Shown here: positions 25,756-35,023 of the stretch, piece after piece
Layout of the letters: each line of letters starts with the position of its first letter
How positions within the stretch are numbered: the stretch's first letter is position 1
From: a virus
Virus record (IMG/VR): IMGVR_UViG_3300042731_008053
Length of the DNA stretch: 64,000 nt
Strand: one strand, 5' to 3'
The notes under the pieces: generated by a model
The model's database searches: none
What the model was told of the DNA's origin: nothing
The model's input: only the letters and a program-made list of their open reading frames with translations
Made by a program: the position numbers and the translations under genes

Positions 25756-26425
25756 ATGAAGACATGCATCGTAGAGATTCGTGCTGCCGAGGGTGGCTCG
25801 GACGCAAAGCAGCTCGTCGAAGAGCAGCTGGCCATCTACACGCGCCTCGCTGCGCGGAGGGGTCTTTAGCCTTGATGTCGTGGACCAGCGTCCTGGTCTT
25901 ATCGTCGCCCACGTGAGTGGCGCAGGCGCCTGGAAGACCTTCCAGCACGAGCCTGGTGGCCACCGCTGGCAACGAGTCCCCAAGACAGAAAAACGCGGAC
26001 GCGTCCATACCAGTACCGTGACGGTCGCTGTGCTAGCTGAGCCAACACAGGTCGAGCTGCGGCTACCTGATCGTGACCTGGAATGGAGTACATGTCGCGG
26101 CTCGGGTGCGGGCGGTCAGCATCGCAACGTCACCAACAGTGCAGTGCAGGTCAAGCACCTACCGACAGGGACTCTCGTGCGCTGCGAATCGGGACGTTCC
26201 CAGCACGCAAATCGGGCAGCGGCGCTCGCACTTCTGCGCGCCAAACTCTGGGATCAGAAACGGTTGTCGGCGGCGAAAGCACGTGCGACAAAACGCAAAG
26301 CACAGGTAGGTTCAGGCCAGCGCGGCGACAAGCGTCGGACGATTCGGGTCCAGGATGGTCGCGTCACGGACCACATTACGGGCCGCTCGTGGCGGTTCAA
26401 GGATTACGTCAGGGGTCTTTGGTAG
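25756..26425 (+). CDS. Truncated class-I peptide chain release factor (PrfH/RF1-like, PKT tripeptide, GGQ) expressed via programmed +1 ribosomal frameshift at CUU UAG C (25864-25870)
   Basis: Frame A: ATG 25756, MKTCIVEIRAAEGGSDAKQLVEEQLAIYTRLAARRGL, then UAG. Frame +1 (frame of ORF 25781-26425) continues SLDVVDQRPGLIVAHVSGAGAWKTFQHEPGGHRWQRVPKTEKRGRVHTSTV...RGSGAGGQHRNVTNSAVQVKHLPTGT..SQHANRAAAL, collinear with RF1 domains 2-4. Shift site GGAGG-GGU-CUU-UAG-C has the same architecture as the E. coli prfB cassette AGGGGG-UAU-CUU-UGA-C. Confidence 0.8.
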
Positions 26426-26439
26426 TAGAATTCTCGTCA

Positions 26440-26838
26440 ATGGTAGACGATTCTATCGACCGTGTTCTGCGAACATGGCGCCACTACATCGACAATAAGG
26501 TCGAACCTGAAGACCTGATTAATACACGTGACTGGCTCGCGTATCGTCATGCTTGCGGTGAGGAATTAGCATCCGAAGAGGCTGCTGTTCTCAGCTCACT
26601 CAACCGCCTATTCAACGTGTTCCTTTCCGACAACACACCGTTGCCTGACGACGTGAAGCGTGCCATGACATCCGTACTCTCTGTGAGTAGTGAGGACGAA
26701 CAGATCGGAGAGCGAACTGTTAGCGAGCGTGACCTTCAACGACGTTACTACGAGACGCTAGAAGGCGAGCAGTCGAAAGAAGACACGCGCAGAGCGCTCG
26801 CTGAGGCGGCTGCCCTACTCAAACACGAAGACGGTTGA
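26440..26838 (+). CDS. hypothetical acidic protein
   Basis: Internal ATG of ORF 26083-26838, just after the RF stop. Confidence 0.45.
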   Translation: MVDDSIDRVLRTWRHYIDNKVEPEDLINTRDWLAYRHACGEELASEEAAVLSSLNRLFNVFLSDNTPLPDDVKRAMTSVLSVSSEDEQIGERTVSERDLQRRYYETLEGEQSKEDTRRALAEAAALLKHEDG

Positions 26839-27211
26839 GCCTGGTTGCACACTCATCGAGAACGTCTGACGCCTGATTGAACGAGTGCGCGACCTCTTCC
26901 AGGTGTTCGGCCTCTTCCTGGCTCTTTTGCGTGTCAGCTTCGTCATCGAGGTTCGACCCTTCTTCGGCCGCTAGCTCAGCTAGTGCTTGTACGATCTCAG
27001 TGTAACTGACGTCGTAGAGAAGTTCCCTGAGACTGTTTTCGAGCGCACGTCGAGACACGGTTCTATGGTACCAAAAACTCGGTCCACGCCGCATGAGTGG
27101 TTGCGGTTGGTTTCCGTAGCCGACGAAGGCAGACGTGGCATTGGTGTTTTGGCTCGGGACGCTTGTAGCTGAGGTCGCGTCCGCAACCAGGACATCGAGA
27201 CATGGTTCCAT
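26819..27211 (-). CDS. hypothetical acidic protein (reverse-strand, convergent)
   Basis: ORF 26819-27244 on the - strand, internal ATG; protein-like composition. Uncertain versus the + strand alternatives. Confidence 0.3.
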   Translation of the reverse strand: MEPCLDVLVADATSATSVPSQNTNATSAFVGYGNQPQPLMRRGPSFWYHRTVSRRALENSLRELLYDVSYTEIVQALAELAAEEGSNLDDEADTQKSQEEAEHLEEVAHSFNQASDVLDECATRLNRLRV

Positions 27212-27252
27212 GATACTGCATGTGGTAACGCCTGGAAAGTACACTAGCTTTT

Positions 27253-27268
27253 GATCGCGTCTGCGATC
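27253..27268. promoter_or_regulatory. Operator-like palindrome GATCGCGTCTGCGATC (copy 3 of 4)
   Basis: GATCGC-N4-GCGATC 24 bp upstream of ATG 27292, followed by GATATTGTCGATAT. Confidence 0.45.
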
Positions 27269-27291
27269 GACCTCCGTGATATTGTCGATAT

Positions 27292-27762
27292 ATGGCTCTT
27301 ACCGTAGCTCTCGTTGAACGCACTCCCAACCGTTTGCGGTATCTCGTCACTTCCGACGGTGGCGCAGGAGCGGCGCCTGATGTCACGGGGATCACCAATC
27401 GTCTGGCGGGCGGCGTTGCTGGCTCAGATCTCAACGTCGATTCGCTCGTCGTGAACGGCTCCCCGATCCAGCAGCTCGTGAGTACTCCTGTCGCCACTAC
27501 GGCAGCGGCTCGGACTCTCTTCGGCGATGGGCTCACGGCCGTGACGGACATCGACACGCCGCGTGGGCACATCAGTGTGCGGAACCGCAACTCGTTTGCG
27601 ATTGTATTGGCGACAGCGTCTTTGTGGTCAGCTGACGCCGTCGAAGGCAGTACGATCGATCCTGCCTCGGCAGGTCGCGTTGCGATCGTCATCAGCGGAC
27701 CCAATGTTGCGAACGCGGCATGTTACGTCGATCTCGTCTTCCAACACACCTACGATCGGTAG
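27292..27762 (+). CDS. hypothetical protein (Ala/Gly/Thr/Val-rich, possibly beta-rich structural)
   Basis: ORF track. Confidence 0.5.
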   Translation: MALTVALVERTPNRLRYLVTSDGGAGAAPDVTGITNRLAGGVAGSDLNVDSLVVNGSPIQQLVSTPVATTAAARTLFGDGLTAVTDIDTPRGHISVRNRNSFAIVLATASLWSADAVEGSTIDPASAGRVAIVISGPNVANAACYVDLVFQHTYDR

Positions 27763-27780
27763 CGCTGCTATACTCGGGCC

Positions 27781-28368
27781 GTGAGCAACCACCAGCTCAT
27801 GGCGAGCGAGATCCTCACCGTTCGGGTCCAAACACTCGGTAACTACCAGTGGAAAGACTACCGGAACCTGATCGGCTTTGCGTCGGGAATTGCGCACGTC
27901 GGTCACGACAAGCTTTTGGCGAAGCTAAAGGATGCGCGCCACCTCTTAGACAGTATTGAGCTACACAGCGTTCAGGTTGTGGGTACACGTCTTGAACAGT
28001 TTGCGTTGGGGCCTCCGTGGGATGCATCTACCGATAGCTGGTCCGACAAGCTCCTGCCCGAGTTGGCGGAATTGCGCCGTGGCCGCAACAGTTTTGAGGC
28101 ACGAGGCGGTCGTAACGCAGGTACGTGGGCACTCAAAGGCGGAGTTGCTGCTGTCATCGAAACAGTCACCAAGGGAGCTTCCCCAAAAGGCTCTCTCGAC
28201 TCGCTGATTCTTGGCGCCATAGCCGCTGACATTGACCGTGAAACGATTGGAAAAATCGCTCGCCCGTGGCGAATTCGAGACGGCAACCCTGACGCCGATG
28301 AAGCCCTGGCCTTTGAAGCCGCAATGAGCGTCGATCGAGCCTATGCGTATCGGTTGTTCGATCGTTAG
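27781..28368 (+). CDS. hypothetical protein
   Basis: ORF track, GTG start; last gene of the + block. Confidence 0.5.
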   Translation: MSNHQLMASEILTVRVQTLGNYQWKDYRNLIGFASGIAHVGHDKLLAKLKDARHLLDSIELHSVQVVGTRLEQFALGPPWDASTDSWSDKLLPELAELRRGRNSFEARGGRNAGTWALKGGVAAVIETVTKGASPKGSLDSLILGAIAADIDRETIGKIARPWRIRDGNPDADEALAFEAAMSVDRAYAYRLFDR

Positions 28369-28571
28369 TTGACGTCTTCGTCAGATCGTCGTGGTGGAAC
28401 CGATGCGTTGTCGAGTTCCCAGTCACCGGCCTTTGTTCGACTAACTCCGGGTCGTTGCGCAGCGCCTCGTAGGCTTCTTGCCCCAGCTGCCTTCTTCTTC
28501 GGCCCTGCGGCCTTGGCTTTGGATTTGGTGGCAGACTTGGAAGTCTTGGTGGAAGTACGGGGCATTCTCAA
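28365..28571 (-). CDS. small basic Lys/Ala-rich protein (histone-H1-like, nucleic-acid binding candidate)
   Basis: Start overlaps the dnaG stop; [23 protein letters not shown]. Confidence 0.45.
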   Translation of the reverse strand: MRMPRTSTKTSKSATKSKAKAAGPKKKAAGARSLRGAAQRPGVSRTKAGDWELDNASVPPRRSDEDVN

Positions 28572-30430
28572 TCGACCTGCCTTCTAGTAATCAAAATCTC
28601 GCGAACGAGTTTGCGTTCGAGTTCGACGTCGCCTCGCCGTTTTGCCGTCTGGGCTTCGCGCTTGAGAGCCGCCAACTTGGCGCGCTGCAACCGCTTGAGG
28701 CCGCCGATCGCTTCGATGAGACAATGCTTGGGGTCCTTAACATCTGCATATGCTCCAGCGAGCATTTGTTTGGCTACCAGGGCGCTGAGATCCTCGGGCC
28801 ACTCGCTGGGATTGGACAGATAAGATCGATTCTGACGTGCGGCGCAATACATGTCCCGAAGCCGCTCATCCGTCAAGAGGGAAAAAACACTATTCTGTTC
28901 GGCCGTTTCCCTCAATTGCGGGTGCTCGGCCAGGATCGCCAACAAGGCCAGCTCGTCGAGGTCGGGCGGGGGAGCCGCAGGGGCGGCAGGGGCGGCAGGG
29001 GCCCGGGACACGGGGCGTTGCTGTTGTTTTTGCTCGGAATTGCGCTGGCCTCGGGCTCGCGAGAGGCTCCGTTGTACCACTTGCGGGGGTATATTCAAGG
29101 CTTTGGCAAGGATGCCTACGACTAGATCTCGTTTGGTCGGGTTTCTGATGGCCAGAATGACGCTGGCAGCCTCGCTCAGCACTTGAGCCTGGCTGTGGTC
29201 CGAGCCGGTGTTCTTGCCCCAGATTTCGTACGCAAAATACTGAATACCGCCCTGGGCGCGTTCGAGCATCTCGCCGAACTTGTCCGGTCTGAGGCGTTTG
29301 ACCAGGGTATCGGGGTCGTCGCCGGGCGGCACGACCACAATGCGCACGTCCACGTCGGCCGCCACGAGCACGCGCAGGGCCTTGAGCGTCGCCGCCTGGC
29401 CGGCCTTGTCGCCGTCGTACATGAGCACGACCTTGTCGGCGAGCCGGCGCAGCTGATCGGCTTGTTCGCGGGTGAGCGCGGTGCCCAGAGGCGCCACGGT
29501 CTCGGCGAAGCCGGCCTCGTGCAGCGCCATGACGTCGAAGTTGCCTTCGACCAGCACCGCGCGCTTGCGCTTGCGGAACGCGTCGCGAGCCGCGTGCAGA
29601 CCGAACAGCAGGCGCGACTTTTTGTACACCGGGCTCTCGGGGGAGTTGATGTATTTGGCGCCCGCTTTGTCGTCGTCGCCCGAGCCGAGCCGGCGGCCGG
29701 AGAACCCGGCAATCTCACCGCCGGGCAACACGATGGGACACATCAGGCGGTCGCGGAAGCGATCGTAGTGGCCCTCGGACTTGCGCGGCACGACCAGACC
29801 GAGGGTCTCGGCCAAATGCATCGGCACGCGCTTGTGTGCGAGGTAGTCCGTCAACGTGCTCCAGCTATCGGGTGCTAGGCCCAATTGGAAGGTCTCCGCT
29901 ACGGTGTCGCCAATCCCCCTGTCGGCGAGGTAGCGCCGTCCGGCGCTGCCGTGGTCGGAACATAATTGCCGACGATAGAACTCCGTCGCCAGTTTATTGA
30001 CGCGCAGAAGCTGGACGCGTTCGTCGCGCTGCCGGCGCACGTGCTCGGGCTCTTCGGTGCGCTCGATGACGATGCCGAGCTGTCCGGCCAGGCTCTCGGC
30101 GGCCTCGACGAAGCTCTTGCCCTCGTACTCCATCACGAACGAAAACACGTCGCCCTTTTTGTGGCAGCCGAAACAGTAAAAGAAGCCCTTGGTGCCGTTG
30201 ACGTTGAACGACGGCGTGTTCTCGTTGTGAAACGGGCACAGCCCCTTGTGGTTCTGCCCAGCCTTGCGCAGCTGAACGTGCCGGCCGATGACGGCGACGA
30301 TGTCCGATCGCTTGCGGATCTCGCCGATTACATTGTCAGGGATTAGGCCCATATGCCCCACGTGCGTGCGGGTCCTTGCCTTCGGCGTGCGCCATGCGCC
30401 GACATTGCCGCAACGCGGCCGGCAAAGCAA
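28568..30430 (-). CDS. dnaG: DNA primase DnaG (bacterial type: zinc-binding, TOPRIM and C-terminal helicase-interaction domains)
   Basis: [13 protein letters not shown]...[14 protein letters not shown] zinc ribbon; [14 protein letters not shown] and [19 protein letters not shown] motifs; [12 protein letters not shown] linker before the C-terminal domain. Confidence 0.9.
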   Translation of the reverse strand: MLCRPRCGNVGAWRTPKARTRTHVGHMGLIPDNVIGEIRKRSDIVAVIGRHVQLRKAGQNHKGLCPFHNENTPSFNVNGTKGFFYCFGCHKKGDVFSFVMEYEGKSFVEAAESLAGQLGIVIERTEEPEHVRRQRDERVQLLRVNKLATEFYRRQLCSDHGSAGRRYLADRGIGDTVAETFQLGLAPDSWSTLTDYLAHKRVPMHLAETLGLVVPRKSEGHYDRFRDRLMCPIVLPGGEIAGFSGRRLGSGDDDKAGAKYINSPESPVYKKSRLLFGLHAARDAFRKRKRAVLVEGNFDVMALHEAGFAETVAPLGTALTREQADQLRRLADKVVLMYDGDKAGQAATLKALRVLVAADVDVRIVVVPPGDDPDTLVKRLRPDKFGEMLERAQGGIQYFAYEIWGKNTGSDHSQAQVLSEAASVILAIRNPTKRDLVVGILAKALNIPPQVVQRSLSRARGQRNSEQKQQQRPVSRAPAAPAAPAAPPPDLDELALLAILAEHPQLRETAEQNSVFSLLTDERLRDMYCAARQNRSYLSNPSEWPEDLSALVAKQMLAGAYADVKDPKHCLIEAIGGLKRLQRAKLAALKREAQTAKRRGDVELERKLVREILITRRQVD

Positions 30431-30460
30431 GCGGTCAGGGCTGCAGTCGTCGAACGAGTT

Positions 30461-30676
30461 TCAGTGTCCGCTTTTGGGCTCGCTGGCACCAAACAACGTA
30501 TTCGCCGCAGCTTGGTGCAGTGCCATGACTTCGGCGTCTTCGATGTCGTAGACGTCGTTGCTGCCGCAGAAAGGGCACGTTGTTCGGTTTACGTGATTGT
30601 GTTGACGTCGCTGCTCAGCATTGTCACCACCAAACCATTTGAAGCTGTACCAACGGTTGACGCGTTGACGCGGCAT
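30461..30676 (-). CDS. hypothetical zinc-ribbon protein
   Basis: ORF track; CPFCGS. Confidence 0.4.
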   Translation of the reverse strand: MPRQRVNRWYSFKWFGGDNAEQRRQHNHVNRTTCPFCGSNDVYDIEDAEVMALHQAAANTLFGASEPKSGH

Positions 30677-30804
30677 TTTGTTTTGTTGAGTTCCATGATT
30701 ACTGGCTGGAGTGTACCGTCTCGGGATTACAGGCCCGAGCGCCTTCTATCGATTGTAGGACGATTCTTCCGGCGCCAGGAAAATGCGGTAGTAGCCGGGC
30801 TCAG

Positions 30805-31020
30805 TCACGCCGCACACTCGTTACGAAAACGGACTTTGCAGCTGCCGCAACGGTAGATAGGCCAGTAGATCAGCGTTACGTGTTGTTGGCTTTTGCAGCG
30901 CGGACAGTCAACCTGCTCTTCGATGATTGCGGGGGTGTGTCTTTTCATGGTTCCTTTTTCGGTTCTCAGGCGTTTTTTGCGCTGTCTCATCGGGGTGGTC
31001 GAGCGTTCCGTGTGTCTCAC
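30805..31020 (-). CDS. hypothetical zinc-ribbon protein
   Basis: CPRC...CGSC. Confidence 0.4.
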   Translation of the reverse strand: MRHTERSTTPMRQRKKRLRTEKGTMKRHTPAIIEEQVDCPRCKSQQHVTLIYWPIYRCGSCKVRFRNECAA

Positions 31021-31023
31021 CAG

Positions 31024-31455
31024 CTAGGAGGATGAGCGCTCCTTGAGTTGTTCTTCCAGTCGTTTCGCCTTTTCGATGTAGTGTTCCAGTTCGACTTGTG
31101 CGTCACGCAACGCGTAGCCGACGTCCCAAAACTCGGTGTGCTTGGAGTTGAGACATTTTCCCGCGTAGCTTACCAGTCGTTGCATCAGCGCCGGACTGTC
31201 GTCGCCGGGAGTGAACTCGGGTGTGGGGGCGACTTCTTCTTGATGGTCCCACAAGGGCGCTAGTACCCAGCACCAGTGGTTTGTCTCAGCAACATACCCT
31301 TCCATGCTGCCGTCTTCTCCGCATGTAAGGCACGTCCGCTCTTGTCCAGACGTCCACACGTCATCGACGCAGTCGATCGCGCCGCACATCCCACAGTGAA
31401 CATAGGGCGGTGCAAGCACGAGCGCCGGTGGTGCCGTATTGCCTCGCTTGGACAT
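31024..31455 (-). CDS. hypothetical protein
   Basis: ORF track. Confidence 0.45.
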   Translation of the reverse strand: MSKRGNTAPPALVLAPPYVHCGMCGAIDCVDDVWTSGQERTCLTCGEDGSMEGYVAETNHWCWVLAPLWDHQEEVAPTPEFTPGDDSPALMQRLVSYAGKCLNSKHTEFWDVGYALRDAQVELEHYIEKAKRLEEQLKERSSS

Positions 31456-31724
31456 CAGTCGTAGTAGCCGTGGTACGCAAGACGCCGAGGCGCCTTCTCA
31501 GGATCTGCTCGTTCCAGGCGCCGTCGGAGGCGGTGCGTTTGTTGTTTGACCGTTTTGCGGCTACCGCCTCGATAGGGTCCTTTGCGCCCAATCTGTTCCG
31601 CTTTCAGTGCCATAGAGGAATCGTACAGTAGATGGATTCGATCAGACACTCCTTTTCGGCTACTTCTTCTGGTCTTGTTCATACAGTTTCCCAAGACGTT
31701 CGTAGTGTCTCTGAACAACACCAT
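31455..31724 (-). CDS. hypothetical basic protein
   Basis: ORF track; start uncertain. Confidence 0.35.
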   Translation of the reverse strand: MVLFRDTTNVLGNCMNKTRRSSRKGVSDRIHLLYDSSMALKAEQIGRKGPYRGGSRKTVKQQTHRLRRRLERADPEKAPRRLAYHGYYD

Positions 31725-31917
31725 TGCGCACCATTTCCAACGAGGCTATCGCGTTGTTTTTCAAATATTCTTCGAGGACCGTGAGAGCGTCCTTGGCGTG
31801 CTGAAATGCTGCCAACTCCTCAGCGACAGCGTCGAGGAAGGGTTGTTCGATCTCGATCGGTTTTCGGATGTCTATTGGCGGTTTGGGTGCCTTACGAAAA
31901 GGGTGCCACATCAACAT
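31660..31917 (-). CDS. hypothetical protein
   Basis: ORF track. Confidence 0.4.
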   Translation of the reverse strand: MLMWHPFRKAPKPPIDIRKPIEIEQPFLDAVAEELAAFQHAKDALTVLEEYLKNNAIASLEMVRNGVVQRHYERLGKLYEQDQKK

Positions 31918-32993
31918 TCACCGTCGTCTTGTCTGAGCGGCTCCTCAAACGACACGCGAAGACGATCAATGATCGCGTCAAGTTTGTTAGCCAGTTCTTC
32001 TTGGCCGTGTTTCATGAGTGGGACCCACACGTCGTCATGGAGTTCGAGACGTGCTTGTTCGACCGTTAGATGTACGTCTTCCATCTTCTCATCGTGCTGC
32101 TCAAGTCGTTCAACGGCGACTAGGATGTTCTGCACATCCTGCTCACGAACAACAAATGATCGGTCACGACACACTGCCCGGTAGTATTTGGCGAATTTAC
32201 GCAAGGCGCGTAGATCAACGGTACCATCATGGTTTCTGGGTTTCGGCTGACATGATCGATGGTCGTCGAGCCATTCTCTCAGTGTTTCGTTGTCCATCTC
32301 GATAGCGCAAAACGCGTCGTCCCCCGAACAGTGAAAGCCCGCAGCGTGAACGTTGACGGGGCTTGAAAAGTACAGCGCCGCGTAGTCGGACGAACTAGGT
32401 TTGTGATCGAGGCGGTTTTTGTCCTTTCGGTTCTTTTCATGAGCGTGCTCGTCGATAAGGTGCTGCACGACGATCTGGCAAAGATTGCTGGCGGTGTTCA
32501 TCAACGCATACATTTCGCCCCGAAGTTCTCCCCGCACGTACGAGTGTTCGGGGGCCGCCTCACTCGCTTGCCGTTTTTCTTCTGCAGTGCCTTCAACCGT
32601 TTTGATCAAGGCTTGCAACCGTTCTAACAACGTTGCAGTGCTATTTTCCTTCAAAGAGCGTTGTATCTGCTGTGTCAAAAAGCGTCGTACCTGCTGCGCC
32701 AAAAACTCCGTCGTGAACTCGGCTTCAGTAAGCGTTTGTCCCGTGGCGTCCACCCACGCTTGCGCATACTCGCGTCGCGCGGCCATCAAGCCGTCGGCGT
32801 AACGCTGCTCGTGTGCACGCTCTATCTCCATTTGCAGACCCGCGACTTGGTGTTCGAGCGAAGCAACGGCAGCGTGCGCGTCGATCACCACGGCGTCTGT
32901 TTCCACAGAGGGCCCTTCGCCGCTCGAAACCATACGGTTAAGCATCGAGAGGGCTTGTGTGATCTTAGGTCCCCACGTTGTGTTGGTGGCCAT
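31911..32993 (-). CDS. hypothetical protein with N-terminal coiled coil (360 aa)
   Basis: ORF track. Confidence 0.5.
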   Translation of the reverse strand: MATNTTWGPKITQALSMLNRMVSSGEGPSVETDAVVIDAHAAVASLEHQVAGLQMEIERAHEQRYADGLMAARREYAQAWVDATGQTLTEAEFTTEFLAQQVRRFLTQQIQRSLKENSTATLLERLQALIKTVEGTAEEKRQASEAAPEHSYVRGELRGEMYALMNTASNLCQIVVQHLIDEHAHEKNRKDKNRLDHKPSSSDYAALYFSSPVNVHAAGFHCSGDDAFCAIEMDNETLREWLDDHRSCQPKPRNHDGTVDLRALRKFAKYYRAVCRDRSFVVREQDVQNILVAVERLEQHDEKMEDVHLTVEQARLELHDDVWVPLMKHGQEELANKLDAIIDRLRVSFEEPLRQDDGEC

Positions 32994-33264
32994 GCTGCAT
33001 GTCCTTTTCTCGTCGCTGCGCCCACGAGTCTCCTACGTGGTCCCGTAGCCACGTTCTGATCTCTTCGTGGTGTGCGGCTCCATAGTACCCAGCATGGCGA
33101 AGCGGACTGTACGGATAACAGCTGTGCACAAACCGGATGCGCCTGGCGTCAAGCCACGCTCGGAATTCAGTGATTACTTGTGCAGCCGCCTGGACCTCGA
33201 TGTAGACCAAGCGCGTGATGCGCCAACCTTCCTCAAACGGGCTCTCTTTATCTTCCATCGACAT
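32965..33264 (-). CDS. hypothetical protein
   Basis: ORF track. Confidence 0.4.
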   Translation of the reverse strand: MSMEDKESPFEEGWRITRLVYIEVQAAAQVITEFRAWLDARRIRFVHSCYPYSPLRHAGYYGAAHHEEIRTWLRDHVGDSWAQRREKDMQHGHQHNVGT

Positions 33265-33603
33265 TCATCCCAATCCGGCGTGCTCGGCCTCGAAGTGTAG
33301 CGGTCCAAACTTCACTCCGCCTGGACTGAACGCAAGGCACGCGATACCTTCCGCCAATGCGTTGAACGCTTTGGCTGTCTCGCCCTTCTTTTTGCTCCTG
33401 AATTGGATGATGTCTCCCTTCTCAGCAACCGTGTCACCGCACACGCGCGCACGCTCCTGGACGTAGTCGTAGGGCTTGCACTTGAGTTCTTCGATCCACA
33501 GAGGCACTGCTGCGCTCAGCGTAATGTAAAGCAAGTCTGCGTTCGGTCCCGAACGAAACGGGTGGTCGGCCTGTATAGGCTTGTAGCGCTTTTTACCGCC
33601 CAT
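33265..33603 (-). CDS. hypothetical protein
   Basis: Internal ATG overlapping the upstream stop. Confidence 0.4.
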   Translation of the reverse strand: MGGKKRYKPIQADHPFRSGPNADLLYITLSAAVPLWIEELKCKPYDYVQERARVCGDTVAEKGDIIQFRSKKKGETAKAFNALAEGIACLAFSPGGVKFGPLHFEAEHAGLG

Positions 33604-33847
33604 TGTGGTCCTCGTCGAGTGTTGCCAGGATTGCTCGAATCTCGTCGCCGCAGTCCATCTGTGGCGTTCTCCATCGACCATCGTGCCAGCGACGCGGCAG
33701 TTCACGTATACGCTCGATCACAACCCGTTGGCGTTCAATTACTGCCTGTAGGCGCTGTATCTTGCGATCCTTTGGGTCGCCTGTACAATTCCCACGAGGG
33801 GGTGGACCCGTACAGTCGCCGCCGCAAGTCAAACAGGGGTGTAGCAT
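33593..33847 (-). CDS. hypothetical Cys-rich protein
   Basis: Internal ATG of ORF 33593-33889. Confidence 0.35.
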   Translation of the reverse strand: MLHPCLTCGGDCTGPPPRGNCTGDPKDRKIQRLQAVIERQRVVIERIRELPRRWHDGRWRTPQMDCGDEIRAILATLDEDHNGR

Positions 33848-34194
33848 CAAGAACCCTTCCCGAGCAGCTTGCGCGCTGCATCGACCCATTCGTCCACGAC
33901 CTCAACTAGACCCGCGCGTGTGCCTTCGTGACCGGGGTAACCATAGTCGGCGATCATTTTGACAAACTCCTCGGCCTGTGCAGCATTCTGAGCCTTCCCT
34001 TCGAGCGAGACGCAGTGGCACTTCAATTGCTCAATCTCGTCCTCCAGCCGGCCGAGTTCTGTCAGCGCAGCAATCACGCGACCGCTAGAACGGAATTCCA
34101 GCTCAAATGGGCACCTTGTCGCGGTGCACGATGTTCCTGACAGTCCGCGCAGCTCCACCACATCCTCTGGACCCCAACGGGTGCTACCGCTCAT
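33847..34194 (-). CDS. hypothetical protein; N-terminus MSGSTRWG paralogous to the gene at 34441-34776
   Basis: ATGA overlap; first roughly 40 nt near-identical to the start of the gene at 34776. Confidence 0.4.
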   Translation of the reverse strand: MSGSTRWGPEDVVELRGLSGTSCTATRCPFELEFRSSGRVIAALTELGRLEDEIEQLKCHCVSLEGKAQNAAQAEEFVKMIADYGYPGHEGTRAGLVEVVDEWVDAARKLLGKGS

Positions 34195-34451
34195 CCGGTC
34201 ACCTCCCGTGAAACACCGCAGCATGTACACACCGTGCCGTTCTCGAACGAGCGTTCATAGCTGTGGCCGTGAAGCGCGCAGTACACGTGCTTACGGGCAC
34301 GACCTTGCTCAAGCAACTCGGTAGCAGTCGCGATCCGCTTGTCGCGTTCCGTAATTTCCCGTGTGAGCCACTTATTCTCGGCGCGCAGGCAAACCTCGCA
34401 GTGGTTAGCGTTGCCGGCCAGCGTGTGCGGGCACGTGCGTTCATCGGGCAT
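34191..34451 (-). CDS. hypothetical Cys-rich protein
   Basis: Internal ATG; CPHT..CEVC...CTCCG. Confidence 0.4.
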   Translation of the reverse strand: MPDERTCPHTLAGNANHCEVCLRAENKWLTREITERDKRIATATELLEQGRARKHVYCALHGHSYERSFENGTVCTCCGVSREVTG

Positions 34452-34776
34452 CAAAAAACCTCCCCCAGCGGACGCGCAACTCGCCAACAGTCTGGTCGCT
34501 CGGCGCCAGGTGCACCATGCGCTGCAAGCGCCGATGCTCAACGCATGCGCTATGTTTGGCCGCCACGTCAGCCGTCAACGCTTCGTTTTCGCGGTTGAGC
34601 CGCTGAACTTCCCTTCGCAGTACTTTGAAGGACTCCAACACCCGAGCGGCCCCCTCGCGGTCAGCGGCGCCCAGGGTCACGGTCGGGTGTTGCCGCAGTT
34701 CTTCAATCATGCGGTCAAGGTCGGCGTCACGAAACGCCGGACGCAAGTGGTGTCCCCACCGAGTGTTATCGCTCAT
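34441..34776 (-). CDS. hypothetical protein, N-terminus MSDNTRWG
   Basis: ATGA overlap; coiled-coil region. Confidence 0.4.
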   Translation of the reverse strand: MSDNTRWGHHLRPAFRDADLDRMIEELRQHPTVTLGAADREGAARVLESFKVLRREVQRLNRENEALTADVAAKHSACVEHRRLQRMVHLAPSDQTVGELRVRWGRFFDAR

Positions 34777-35023
34777 CAGAACCCTCCCCGCCGGGCGCAA
34801 GTTTTGCCAGTCGATCCTCTAAGCGCGCGAGGCTGTTGCCGCACCGTTCTAATTCGTCGCCGATACGGCGCAGGTGTTGAGCGATAGCATCGTTTGACGC
34901 AAGTCGCTCGCGATGTCGCTGCTCTTGCTGCACGCGCTCTAGGCGGTCTTGCCGCTGTTTGGGCGTCTCTATGGGCTCAACATCAACCCACCCATCATAG
35001 GGCCACGGATAGCCACCCGACAT
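34766..35023 (-). CDS. hypothetical protein
   Basis: TGATG overlap with the upstream gene. Confidence 0.4.
   Translation of the reverse strand: MSGGYPWPYDGWVDVEPIETPKQRQDRLERVQQEQRHRERLASNDAIAQHLRRIGDELERCGNSLARLEDRLAKLAPGGEGSDER

Noticed and set aside
26411-26428. Second AGGGGUCUUU 10-mer at the end of the release-factor gene as a second frameshift site
   Set aside because: Here CUU is followed by UGG, not a stop, and the frame ends normally at tandem UAG UAG two codons later. Noted as a curiosity inside the release-factor finding but not called as a recoding site.
28365-28571. Small basic protein downstream of dnaG considered as ribosomal protein S21 (rpsU-dnaG operon logic)
   Set aside because: It lies downstream, not upstream, of dnaG and shows no S21 sequence pattern. 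It is kept only as a Lys/Ala-rich basic protein.
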